Below, piece by piece: positions 14,039 through 27,722 of a DNA stretch of 64,000 bases. The notes below the pieces were generated by a model. It was given only the letters and a program-made list of their open reading frames with translations, was not told the origin of the DNA and did not search any database. How positions within the stretch are numbered: the stretch's first letter is position 1; each line of letters starts with the position of its first letter. Location of the stretch: NCBI RefSeq assembly GCF_964355755.1, contig NC_092673.1, positions 22,379,648 to 22,443,647 on the forward strand, in the 5' to 3' direction. The DNA is from Antedon mediterranea. Lineage: Eukaryota; Animalia; Echinodermata. The position numbers were made by a program, and so were the translations under genes.

Positions 14039-14490
14039 ACAAACTTTTGAAAAATACAGGTACGGTAATATATTCGATAGAATTATGAAATTAGAAAATA
14101 ATAAGAATAACGATATTTTTCATTAGAAAATAGAAATAATATTTAAATAATCATAAATTTATCAAAATTATTATGAAATTAAAATTTTCATTTACATATA
14201 TTTTATAATAGAAGTTGTGTCTTATTTGTAGGACAAACTTTTCGAAAATACAGACTTTATTATTCATAAATTGCAATAAATTTGATGGGATTATGATAAA
14301 AAAAATGAATAATTTCAATATCATAGTTGTTTATAGTTAGTTTAATAGAAATAATATTTTAAGAATCATAAATTTATCAAAGTTATTATGAAAATAATAA
14401 ATTTTACTTACATATTTTTAAACATGATTCATTGATTTGTAAATTGTATTTCATTTTTTCATTTTTTTTTGTAAACATTTGAAAAATATA
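14039..14490. repeat. Degenerate AT-rich tandem duplication (~200-bp unit, 2+ copies)
   Basis: ACAAACTTTT..AAAATACAG and AATAGAAATAATATTT..AATCATAAATTTATCAAA.TTATTATGAAA each recur about 200 bp apart. Confidence 0.55.
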
Positions 14491-17400
14491 GTCAATATTG
14501 ATTGGATTATAATCATTAATGTTAAAATACAAGAACACTTTTTTTGTTTATTATAAATATATCATAATTATTATTTTAAATTATATATTTACTTAATTTT
14601 GAATTTGTTGATTTGTGTTACATTTTTTGATTAAATTAGATAATCTTGAAAATTCATTTATTAAGAGAGAATATTTTCAAATTGAATTGTAACAACATTT
14701 ATTTAATATTGTAATAACATACTTTCCAATTTATCAAAAATGTTCATAACATCTATTCTTAAATTATGAAATTTTGTTGATCCTGAATATTGTAGTTACA
14801 ATATGAATAAAGATGTTACTATTTTGGAATATGTAACTCATTTAAGTGTTCACTGCTAACTAACAAAATAAATGTTGTTTCATTCATTTCTAAAATGATG
14901 CACTTTGATCCAAATACTTCTGTTTAACCTACTTCCCGAACAAACAATTTGCTTTGAATCAATAAATTACTCAAGGTAAATTAATAAACATATCTTTGCT
15001 GTAGATGAAAATTGAAATGGCAAAACTTTCAATAATTATTTATTTAATAAATGCTGAGTTTGTAATCAATGTTGGTTTTCATTTGCTTCTGAGTTTTTCA
15101 GGCTTAGTTCTGTTATTAAATGACCATGTCCTTGATACAATAGTGAATGACATTAAATAGATAATAAAGTTCCAAGGTTCTTGTCAAGGGTTTGTTTGCT
15201 GACCACAAATAGGTGTGGTTTACTCAAATGAATTTCTATCAAACATATTATTCTGAAAACCTCAGACTTCTCTAGAATTTAACATTTAAAAAATTAAAAT
15301 GCATTTCACAGTACTGTACTTTTACATTAATTTTTGTTTCAATAAGGCGGACAACATAATACTCAACTGTTTCAGCTGCCATATTGCTGTTTTCGCATTT
15401 AGGCAGAATGTTGACATTGCCGAAATGTTGAAATCTTGCCAACGCTCCATCTTAAAGAGTTTTAAAATGCATGTATTGTTGCTTTTTAACAGCAGACTTG
15501 TAAAATCACAAAGCAATTTTACTGTACTTTTTATTTTTTTAATTATGTCAACTGCAGGAATAATGAATTTAAATGAAATTCATTTGGAATTATATTTAAC
15601 AATACCACAATAATGGTAACAACAATTGTGTAAAAAAAAATACCGGCATAATAGATGAAAAAAGAAAGAAATTTTTTTAATGACTTTGCATATAATGACA
15701 ATATTGATTTTTTCCATGTAACTGCTGTTTTTGAAGGGTAAAAAGGATATTGACTTGCGATAACCTTCAATGCAATGTTAAAATTAGTCAAATTTAGTTA
15801 ACAACTAAAAGGTAAAACAATTTTAATTATTAAAATTTAGGTCAAAATGGAATTAATGAACAATATTCTTAATTTTTTGAATGGATTCTTTTATAATAAT
15901 TTTGATCGATTTATTGTATGTTATTTTATGCAATTAAAACCCAAATTTAATATTTTTGCGTAGTTAATTTATAAATTAAATACAAAATAATTTTGTTTTA
16001 ACCTAAGTTTTTCCGCACATAAAAAAACCAGGCTTTTAAAGCTACCACGAATCCAATTGAAAACAGACAAGGAAGTTGTAACGACAAAAAGTCAAAGTCC
16101 GATTTGGTGAATAATTAATAAGGAGAATCATTATTCTTATGGTAATGAGTTAGAGGCTTATCCCTCTCTACAATAGCACAATTAATGCAGTTACACAACT
16201 GTCTGAAAAACAAAGGTTTCTCAAGGTTTAGGGTATTTCACTTTTATCATGGGATATGTTCTGAAATAACTCATAATATAGTATAGATGAAAGAAAGAAA
16301 ATTTGAAGAGAAATTGATGAGATTTTAAAAGCTCAAATCATCAATCAATGAGTATTTTTCTCGGTGCCTGTTCAGACCTATTGTAGAGTGTTTTAGTTAA
16401 AACAAGAAATGCATGAGTATTTTAGTTGCCTGTTCAGACTTGAGATATGATTTGGTATAAAACTCTAGAAAAAAAAGCACAAACCACTGATACAAAACCA
16501 AGTTAGAGATGAAACTACTATATAAGATAACTGCTGTTCTGCTTTTGCATGAAGTTTGATGTACGCATGCACGCTTTCACTTGCGTAATATGGTTATAAT
16601 GGTGCGTGTTGTGCAGTGGGCAGAATTTAAACAAGCTTCTGATTGGCTTAATTGTGACAGCGTTTATTGTATTGGGAACGTTCCATACATTGCAAATATT
16701 ATTTGGGCTATGATTCTATTTCCCAAACTACGGATGCCTGATTTACATCTTGGGCATAATACGTACTCTACCCTTATCTATTTTTATTAGGAAACCAAAT
16801 TGCGATATACTGAAAGCAACATAAATTGTTAGGTGTATGGTATAAAATTGAATAGTGACATGTGATTCTTTACGATCAAGATGGATCATAAGTTTTTTGT
16901 ATAAAAGGTTAAAACTACCAGCAAATATCATAGAATCCTAATAACCAGGACTGACCTTTTTAGGATTTGCACTCTCACATTGTTACATAAAATTATAATA
17001 TTTCATACTACCAAGTAAATATGAAAGTTTGCCTGATGATTTTATTACATTTTTTAATATTGAATCCCAAATATTATTGCATACAGTATACCGGAAGTTG
17101 ATGAGTGAACTTTTGAAAGTTTGTGATATTGTGTTCAACTCTTTAAGGCATTTATTATTTTTTAGTTCAACAAAGCATTTTCATTTTTTTTCTTAGGCCT
17201 TTGTCGTTTTTTGTTGTTGAAATGTACAGTATACTCGTCTCTATCTGTCAGACAACTTTAATTGCTTATTTTAAGGCAGCTTTAAAAGTGAATTCATCTT
17301 TTTAACTCATACTTTTCGTAGATTTCTATCATTTTTTTTTTTATATTGTTAATGTGAAGCACACTATGTATATTTAAAGTAGAAAGTGTGTACCAATTCA

Positions 17401-17977
17401 CTCATCTTAAAACATTCTCCAAGGTCAACCATAACCTTTGTGTACTGATGGCTATTCTCTAAAAATCAATACACTGGACATTAAAGCTTTTGAATGGTCA
17501 TTCATGCTAACAGCTTCTGCACAATGATTGACCAATCTACTGTTCTATACACAATACAATCATTTGGCAATAATAATTAATCATTTTCTCTTGACCAAAT
17601 ATCGGTATAATTTACAAAATAATCAATTTTAATAAGTTGTTGCTTCTGGTGTTATAAAATATGAACTATCAAATTATTTAATTCAAATTAAATGTGTTAT
17701 TATTTACACAATATCCACTAAATAAAAAATACCTATATTAAAAAAAAAAAAACTTCTTCTATTCATGTATTAATCGATTGTATGTTAAATTATTGAGGTG
17801 GCAAATCGAGAGTGGCAAATTGAGAGTCACAAACACAAGAGAAAGGCTGTCAAACATTTGAAAATTAAACTACAATACCCATAGTGGCTTGGTGAGGTTT
17901 TTTTTATAAAGGACACTGTTAAATTCTTCTTAATTAATTTGTTCTTTGTAAATGTAACTTTTGGAACTTTTAAATGG

Positions 17978-18305
17978 TGTGCAGTTACCGTGTCTGCTTC
18001 TTTGGCCTTCAATCTAACCCTAGCCTCCAATCTGCACAAGCTTGTTGATCTAGAGGTGTGAATGGCAGAATTGTGATCTGGAGGTTGTGCAGTTACCGTG
18101 TCTGCTTCTTTGGCCTTCAATCTAACCCTAGCCTCCAATCTGCACAAGCTTGTTGGTCTAGAGGTGTGAATGGCAGAATTGTGATCTGGAGGTTGTGCAA
18201 TTACCGTGTCTGCTTCTTTGGCCTTCAATCTAACCCTAGCCTCCCATCTGCACAAGCTTGTTGGTCTAGAGGTGTGAATGGCAGAATTGTGATCTGGAGG
18301 TTGTG
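17978..18305. repeat. Tandem repeat, 108 bp x 3, near-identical
   Basis: Units start TGTGCA(G/A)TTACCGTGTCTGC at 17978, 18086 and 18194. Confidence 0.95.
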
Positions 18306-18414
18306 GGTTTGATTTTAGCACAAGTTTCCACTTTGGTTGGTTAGTCCTGATACGGAAAGCCTTGATAGGTATGTTTTTATGTATTATGTAACAAAAAATT
18401 TATTAAAAACTTAC

Positions 18415-19276
18415 CTTCTAGCATCATGCCCATTTGTAAACACTTTTGAAATCTACAATATTGACATCTGTTTCGTTGCGCTTTTGTGATCTCACAGTTG
18501 CCACTGCCGACGCATGTATACACACGTTTATTCTGAACAGTCCTTTTAAAAAAACCTTTACACCCTTCACATGTGATTATGCCATAATGAAGTCCTGTGG
18601 CACGATCATTACAGATCCCACAAAGCATCAGTGATTCTTCATCTTCAATGTCCGAGTTGCTTTCCTCACTTTGACCTTGACTATCCATCCCAGATGATGT
18701 CGAGGAGGCTGTGTCCGAGCTCTGCGTTATCGGCTTCTGGTCAGCTTCTTTTAAAAATGGTTGCGCTTGGTAAGGAATTTGCGGTGGGAATTGAAAATGT
18801 GACGCACTACTACTTGGAATCACAGAGTATGGAGAGCACACAAATTTGTTCCCTCGCATCGGTGATGGCATAAACGGGGCTGCAGGACTGGGGATTCCTG
18901 TTGGATGGTGCCCTCGCGGTGATGAAAGTCCAGAATATGTTGCAGCAAGGTTCGAGATTACGGGTTCGAAGCTGCCAATTCCTGCTCTCGATGTACGAAT
19001 CAGAAGTGATTCTCTTGCTGAAGCACTTAACGGAGTGGGTAGCATTCCAGGCATCACTAACATTGGTGGAGGGGGTAAGTGATGAGATCCGTGGAAAGGA
19101 TATTTGTTTAGTACGTCCGATTGTGTGAACATCTCTCCTTTGATGGGGGATGGTGATTTATCGTCTTTTAAATATAATTCGCTCCAGCGTTTTGACGGCG
19201 GTAATTTCTTCAATGGTGGCGGTGTATCGTTATTATTTGTCAGCTGACATATTGTCTCATCACTACATCTCTTCAT
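18415..19276 (-). CDS. NR6A1: NR6A (HR4/GCNF-type) nuclear receptor, coding exon 1: Pro/Ser-rich A/B region plus C4 zinc-finger DBD
   Basis: Translation [37 protein letters not shown]...[19 protein letters not shown] matches the HR4/GCNF DBD. Acceptor ttttcag precedes 19279, ATG is at 19276, and the phase-1 donor GAAG|gtaagt follows 18415. Confidence 0.95.
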
Positions 19277-20984
19277 AATCTGAAAATTTACACAAAATGC
19301 AATATTTACTAACTAAACAAGAAACACTTATAAATACAACATTACAAATGCAAGATTTTCATCCAATAGTGAAAAAGTAATTTAAATTTGCATGTTCTAT
19401 TTCTTATCCAATAAAACAATTGGTTGATATAAGACTAATAAAATGATATTAACTGCTATTGGCTATATGAATATCCAATGCAACACCAGTTTCTTGAACT
19501 GTAGTTTTTATGTGAATACCAAAAGTCATATCAATTTACATCATAAATTATAACCTTTAAATCACAAAGAATAATTTTACAGAGACAAACTAGCCTATAA
19601 AAACTAAATTATATTTATTATCATTCTTTATACTTAAATAAAAAATTATATTATTTTTGTCTGTTGTAAAGAAATTAAAAATCTCTGAATTCATATTTCA
19701 TTTTAAAATATTTTTTTGATATTATATAAAAAAATTGCTGGATCTAAAAAAAAAAGAAGCTAAATCAAAACGATAAAGTAAAATAGCTGGAAAGAAATTG
19801 CAGAGCTTTCAGGCAAAACTAAACCTGTATCATTGCATTAAAAATATATTATTATTATAAGCTTGTATATGTCAAAAGTAATATAATTTTAAATATACTT
19901 TAATATATTCAATTACCTACCTGTAACATGTATGAAATATTGACAAAGTATAAATTTGATTTTATAATATTGCATTCTCCTATGTTTGTTCTGTATACCA
20001 AGCATATCTATTTTGCTGTTGTTAAATTAATTTAACTAGAAATCACAATCCAAGTTTGATTTGAAATTTTGCAAATGCAAATGGTATACATATATATACA
20101 ATACAACAATCAAAGTGCTACTGTATATGTATTTCTTTTTGTGAAAAACATCGTCAATTTTAGGTTCTCTTTATCAAAAGACAAAGACAGAAACCTATAC
20201 AAATATCAGAGTAAATATACAAAAATAATTATTAATCCTTTATCACTTGAAAAATTCTAATTATCTTCCTGTTAATATTAACTTAAATGCTTTCACTTTA
20301 AATAGACTCTTTAGAGTTAAATAAAGATTTTTAATTTATTGGGTTAGGGTTAGTTAGACATCATAACACACATCTTTGTAATCAATGTTACAATGTCAAT
20401 GTTTAAATATTATACAGTAGATAGCTGGTCTACTCAGCTCAGTGACTGTATTATATTTTTTAGTTATAATATATATTTGTTGATACTACCTAGGTAATTA
20501 TTTAATTAAAAATAATATGGCATAACTGTAGTACTAATAAATAATGCCTAATATTATGTCTATATTGCAACATATTTTTAATTCATTTAGTATTAATATC
20601 ATTTTGATTTAAATTTTTTTTATTGTGACTAATAATATTACGATTACAAATGTGTTGCTATTCTATTTAGAAAAGAACAAATGTTGCTCTGCTGTATGTA
20701 ATTGTAATGGCAATATTCAATTTAACATTATTATTTATATAATAAATACATTATATAATCTACTAGTAGTTAAATTTTCAACTTAAAATTGAATAAATAA
20801 ATAAGTAATAACGAACAATAACCTTGACTTAAGTTAGACTACTTTCGCCGGAATACATACCAGCAAATAACGTTCAGCAGTAAGTCTGCTTAGTTTTAAA
20901 AAATAGTATTAAAGACTATTTTTTTCAGTTTACAAAATTCTTTAAAATATGCAAACAAAATATTAAAACATTTCTACGACTTAC

Positions 20985-21350
20985 CGATATATTGGTAAAA
21001 TGTGTGCCTTGTAAAGCTGTTTTGAAAGTGTTTTAATGTCACCTCTTGCAAAAGCAACGTCTGATCGCATGTAAGCAAAATTGTATACTCCGGCAAATGT
21101 AGGCCTAATACACCAACGTTCACAAGTTCAGCATGGAAATAGGCTATAAATACAATACGATTATCCGCCGTGCGTTGCAACTCGAAAGTGCAGGTTAATT
21201 AATTATGCATTCAGATCGGGCAGCGGATGGGTGAACGACCGAAGACAGAAATGTCATGCTGACCGTTGACTGAGAGTTTCTAACCACCTTGTGTGCCGCT
21301 GTCGATTGCCACAGCTAGAAGATTTAACGGAGTAGCCAAACAGCTGTGAT
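20985..21350 (-). promoter_or_regulatory. Probable 5' non-coding exon or promoter region of the NR6A gene
   Basis: Strong minus-strand donor CG|gtaagt after 20985. The ATG exon has an acceptor just 3 nt upstream of the ATG, so an upstream exon is needed. The segment is locally richer in GC/CpG. The 5' limit is a guess. Confidence 0.4.
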
Positions 21351-24300
21351 TTCTAATGAATCTTTACTGTAAAAGAAGGTGCAACGACTTGGTTTAATTT
21401 GTAGAGAATATTGAGAACGACGACTGTCTGATTTTCTCTTGTGATATTAAAGAAGATTCCCCTGTTTTGGGTGTGGAATGGTCTGGTGTAACCTGTGGTC
21501 ACTTGGTTAAGAGGGCGCCCTATGACATACTGACCGGTCACTAAGTCATTGCCCGAAGTGACCAATACGGTTAGAGAAAAATCGTTATACATTTCAATAA
21601 CAATAAACATGGCAAATATTCAATTCCAGGTAATTGAGTACACATAAATTCGGGATAAATTCGATACCTTGGCAAAAATCTTTATTGACCTTTAATTATT
21701 GATGGATATAACAAAACATAGGAGAAATTAGGCATACGTTTGAGTTTTAAACGTAATCATGTAAATTTTCATTTTAAAATATAATGGTTTTAATATATAG
21801 GTTTGGTAAATGGTACGGCAAAAGGAGAACTATTGAATCCGTTTATAAATTGCCCTGTCCGACGTGCCGACATATTTTCGCTTCTTTGAATATTATATTT
21901 TGTTAAACTTAAAACACAATCGAAAACGTGTTTTTATGTTTGGTTAGATTTAATAAAAGAAAATTGTAAAATTAACAATAAAGTTTACCTATTGTACGAC
22001 CTCATCTTATTAGTTGACATACCCTGAATGTGAAATGAAGCGACGAAGTGCTTTCACCGCGAACAGAGAAGGTCACTGCCAAACCGTGTCGCACTTCTTC
22101 AATAAATATATCAAAAAAGCCAACTAATTTGTACTTTTTCTAATCACCTAGACTCTGTAATTTAACAGACAATGTTAAATGACATATTTTAGTTTTACAA
22201 GTGACTTTTAAAAAGTAAGGCTGCATCGTTTTGTAATTTATAAAGCTCGCAGGAAGTTTCTGCCCGGTAGCATGATCACTTGAACCAGTCTGAGCAAATG
22301 GTAACAAGCTGATAAATCCACCGGCTTTCATGTTGCTTGTCGCTTTATAATGAAAGCTTCCCATCATTTCCACTGCAAAGGCAATGCCCTCTCTTGACTA
22401 ATAGACCACAACGCGCATGCGCTATCACCGCCTGCCGCTATTGAAGAGGAAATATATTAATGATTTTTGTTCCAAAAATATCGTTGCTTGTCTTATCAAA
22501 GAACCCATTTATTGTGAACAAATAAAGCAAGTATACGAACGTCATGACTATGGATCAGACGGTATCGATGACGGTTTATCTAGGTCGAGCATTGTTCGTA
22601 TTCCAAATACTAAATTATGAATATAAACAACGGTCTTTCATCATGTAGGCGAATGAATGATAATAACATATTCATATTATTTTCTTCATTAAAAGACTAC
22701 CATATACGTGTTCAGTTACCGTTACTCACACAAATAAAATTAAAAAATATTAAATTGGCCTACTGCTGTATTGTTGGGTAAATATATTCGAAATAGAATT
22801 ATAAAATAGATCATAAATGCTGAAAATATTTTTTTCTTCTTATTAAATAAAAAAAAAAAAAATATTTATAGAGAGTTATAGGCTGTACGCCGAATAATGC
22901 ACGAGAGTTAAGAGCGCACACGAACGAGTTAGTTCGCTGTTGTGCGGCACTGACTGTAGTTAAGTGTACGCACGCAAATATACGCGTTAAGCAGGTGCGC
23001 ATATCAACACATTTGCAAAAAAACCCATACGTTTGTGTTTTAGTAAAAGTAAAGTCAAATTTTATTTTAGAAATTATAATAAAATATTATTTCTTAATAG
23101 TACTCTACTGTTATAAAATTCATTTAGTCTTAAAAATATATAAGTTTATACCCCGTTTGTACCATAAACAATACTTTATTTATAAACCTTTAATTAGAAT
23201 ATGACTGACACATGCAACGAAAAATATATATATTATATTAAAGATACATTGTACTTTTTATACAAATTACTGTAGCTTATTTCGTGTAATCAAACAAACA
23301 TAAAACGCGTGGGTGTGTAAATACGTTGCATTGCAATATAATTGCATAATACAATCAATAGTACACTTTGTTGTATAGCGCCTCACATCACCGACGAAGC
23401 ATGGAAGCAAGTGTAGTTAGCGTCGGCTTAAAGCGCAAGGTTCAGTATCTAGGTTAATTCATTCTTATGTACATGTATCGGCCCACTCGTATAACCTCGA
23501 CCTTGCGCGACCGTGACTTTGAATACTACAGCACGACTTGTTTATCCGCGTTCTATTTTCGTTCGCGACTGGAATGTTAGTGTGAGTCACCGAATTCATC
23601 TAGCCTCGATCACTAATATTACAATTTGCATTAAGTTTTAGTTATCAAATTCTAAATGAAATCGATAGAAATGTTAGTATAAAATGTTTTTATGCTAAGT
23701 ATATATTATTTGAGTACATTATCTTACATTTTAAGACTTGTATTAAGCTTTAAATCTTTTATTTTATTAAAATACTGTAAAAGGTGATGTGCGTTCATTG
23801 AGTTCGCGGTCAGGTTCACGTCAAGTTCACTCGGGTAACACAAAAAAGCGGGTCGCGCTTCCTGCTCAATTGCTCGGTGTTATTGAACTGCTCTGTGCAG
23901 ACGAACATTTCCACATTTATGCGCAATATTGCACTTACGATGTTGTTGATTGGGACTTAAGCGAAACAAGAGAAGTGAATGATATACAGATATTATGGTC
24001 ATAGATTCTGAATAATATTGGCGGAAAGTCATGTATTATTTATGCTGCACATACTATATGCTATATATATATACACTATTTTTCTGTTTTTAAAAATAAT
24101 GTCAATTTTTTTTAGAATGTTCAATTTATTTTGAGTGTTGACAAAGTGTGCGAGGCAAGCGGGGCATGCGAGGCGCGCCGAATATTTGTGCGAGGCATTA
24201 TTTTTATCATTTCCAAAAGTACGAGGCATATAGTTTAGAATTTTAAAAAGTGTGAGATATATCTTAACGTGCTATAATAATGTAATGATAATATATAAAT

Positions 24301-25107
24301 CAATTATTTAATATGTCTAAATTAAGTCTAGTTGAATCTAATCCCATGACTATTACCCCCGTTTTAGAAATTCTTGGTTTTAATAATATAGTAAATAACA
24401 ATTCCTAACCACTCTCTGAATTTACCGATACTTAATCGTTTAATTTAATATCATTATTATTTTGAGACTGTTTATTACCAGGCAGTAATTAAATAGTATA
24501 AATGTTAATGTTAAATTGAGGCCTGTTGTTATTTAGTTCATACAATGATTTGGGTAGCTCTTTCATAAATGTCTTCAATTACACACAAACAAGAAGAAAC
24601 TTTTCTTTTAAATATTCCAAAATGTTATCACATATGCACTTTGTATGTTTTTACAAATATTACACGAACCTTCTGAGAATGTTTTTATTTTTGTTTTTTG
24701 TTTGTTTTTATATCAAGTGTTTTCTTGATTGCTTTTATTGTTTATAAGAAAATGTAATAAACGGATCAGACATCACAATATTGTTCAATAGACCAGTGTG
24801 AACATCATATGTTTGTCAGCGGAATGTTAATCAGCATTGTACTTGTCACAAGTACATGTTTGTGGTCGCTGTTGTAACATAACCTGTAACAGGCCATCAT
24901 CGTATGGGTCAAGATCATCCAGGGACTACGCTTTATTCCAGCCACACTGCATCCAGGGTCCATTAAAAAAACACCTACTCGATCGCTAGTGTGTATTCTT
25001 CCTTTGAATGATGACCAATTATTGTCATGAATGGCCGAATAGGTACATACGATACTCGTGGTATAACCGTATACAATTCAAATAACTGTCACTAAAAGGA
25101 ATGTTAA

Positions 25108-25447
25108 AGATGCATTGTCCCCTTGAAAAAATAATTATTGAACATTTTTTTGTTGAATAGGCAATTTTAATGTCACATAATAGTTATCCACCTTGACCAA
25201 AAATTAGATTGAAAACAAATTATTTACCTGAAAAAATGTAATTTAATGCAAACAAATCAAATTGTCTGCCAGCCAATGGATTATTGGTTGAATTTAACCA
25301 TTTATTTTGTCATTATATAAGTGAAAACATTATTTTTTCTCGTTTTTTTTACAGAAGTGATTAACTTGATTAAAACTACAAAATAACCTATTCAAAGTCT
25401 AATTTAATTAATCTTCATTTTTCATGTTTTTGGGAGACAATGCATCT
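25108..25447. mobile_element. Kolobok-like TTAA MITE (family copy)
   Basis: TIR AGATGCATTGTC(C/T)CC, flanks TTAA/GTAA. Internal sequence shared with the copies at 46168, 55854 and 60640. Confidence 0.75.
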
Positions 25448-26922
25448 GTAACAACAAAGAATTACTGATACTACAAACATTTATTCATAATTATTAAAAG
25501 GTTTTTGTTTTGTTTTTTTCAAGTTTGCAAAAAATTGTCCTTAAAAAGTGACTTTTTTACCTTTACCTTTATAAATTTCTGTTATAAAGGTAAAACTCTC
25601 AATAGTAATTTAAAAAAAAATGTATTATATGGTGGAAACTTTATAGATATATTGTCCCTCAAAAACATGAACAATTAAGATTAGGCCTAGGCCCTATAGT
25701 GAAAAAAGATTTTAATAAGATTTTACTTCTGTTTCCCTCCTCTTCTTTCCTTCTCATATTTTATTAGAATTTAAATTTTAAGTTTCATAATTTGATGGTT
25801 TTTGTTGTTGGACTGAAATAAAGAAATGAATTTCTGATAATTTATTCAATTTCATGTTTTTAGGCCTAATTATAACTTTAAACGTAAAAAAAAAAATTGT
25901 ATGTTTAAAATCATTTTGTGTTCTGCTGCTGTCTTCTTCTTAACTGCGGCAGAGTGAAATAACTGTGTTAATTTTCATCAACATTATAATAATTAGCATC
26001 ATTGTGCTTTCATCATCATTATCATTATGGCTCATTAATTATGATTAACACACCAAATTATGTTCAATGTTGCGACTGTTGAACTCTCATACACGTGAAT
26101 GAGATTACTAATATTTATGTATAAGTGTAATATTGTTTTGTTAAATAAATACATTTAATACTCATTGCCGTATGACGATAATTGTGACGTGGCATTATCT
26201 ACAAAGTCAAATGACTAGACAATTTCCATTTTTATCTCGATATGTGTTTATTTTGTCGTTATATTCACAACAATTTCCGTGTACACCTTGTTTTTACCTT
26301 TATCATATATCCTCTGAAGTTTCATTTTTAGTTGCTTTTTTTTATAAAATTAATCAGGAATTATACATTAACCCACACAGGTAGCAATCATGCTGCTGAA
26401 ACTATTCTTGTAGGCCGAATTAATAATGTTACTAGCATGTTCAACATTTCTTCTAATTGTTTTCTTTCCAATAACGTTGCTAGTCTTGTTTTGAACAATT
26501 TGTTCAATTAGGCCTAAATTTTTTTTTTCAATTACAAAACAATTTAACAACAAATGACACAAAAAAAGCAAAAGCCAAAAAAGTAAACAACACAGGAAAA
26601 CATTCAAACACTACAGAAACGTGTAGTAGGCTAGCCTAAAAGAAAAAACAAATAAATATTAATTTTATTCAACCTTATTAGGCAATCGGACAAACGTTTA
26701 ACTTAAAATGTAGAACATGCTGAATAAAGACAAACATTTGCCAACTGAAGAAGAAAGCAAGAAAACAGAAATCGTGTGGGATGATTACAGAATTTTGAAT
26801 TGAATTGAATTGAAATGCAGAGAATCTACTTTAATATTTAAAATTGGTCTTATTTTCAAGTTATTATTATACCTTTCAATTCATCGAATTTAAAAGGTTG
26901 TGCTTGCATTGTGTGCAGGGAT

Positions 26923-27722
26923 TGGAACGCCGTTTACGCAACATTTCGATGATATGAATTTTATGACGCGATATGTGAATGAAATGCATCGATATGAATT
27001 AAATGGTGCGATATATGAATGAAATGTTTTGAATTGAATGCTTTGAATTGAATATTTTGAATGAAATGTTTTGAATGAAATGTTTTGAATGAAATGTTTT
27101 GAATGAAATGTTTTGAATGAAATGTTTTGAATGAAATGTTTTGAATGAAATGTTTTGAATGAAATGTTTGAATTGAATTGAAAAGTCAAACTATTGGTGG
27201 CGTATGTCATTCTCGCTCGCGATTATTTTCTCAACCTCTTAGGCCTAAGCCTGGGTACCCTCATCTCTTTTCTTCCACGCTGCCTTTACAGAGAATCCTA
27301 ACAACCTGGGTTCGGAAATATGTATTCCAATGTTTCAGGTCTGTTAGGGAGTCTCTGTAAAGGATTCATATTGATGACAGCGTTGAAAGGAGATGAGGGT
27401 ACCCATGCTTAGGCCTATTAAGAGGTTGAAAAAAAATCGCGAGCGGGAATGACATACGCCGCCAATAGTTTGACTTTTCAATTCAATTCAAACATTTCAT
27501 TCAAAACATTTCATTCAAAACATTTCATTCAAAACATTTCATTCAAAACATTCAATTCAAAACATTTCATTCAAAACATTTCATTCAAAACATTCAATTC
27601 AAAGCATTCAATTCAAAACATTTCATTCATATATCACACCATTCAATTCATATCGATGCATTTCATTCACATATCGCGTCAAAAAATTCATATCATCGAA
27701 ATGTTGCGTAAACGGCGTTCCA
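26923..27722. mobile_element. 800-bp fold-back element with (GAATGAAATGTTTT)n satellite in both arms
   Basis: Ends TGGAACGCCGTTTACGCAACATTTCGATGATATGAA and its reverse complement. Arms pair almost to the centre (~27310-27335). The 14-bp repeat arrays are inverted relative to each other. Confidence 0.85.

Noticed and set aside
16350-16442. Two GCCTGTTCAGAC motifs resembling the 10258 Harbinger TIR
   Set aside because: Short direct fragments with no matching opposite end.
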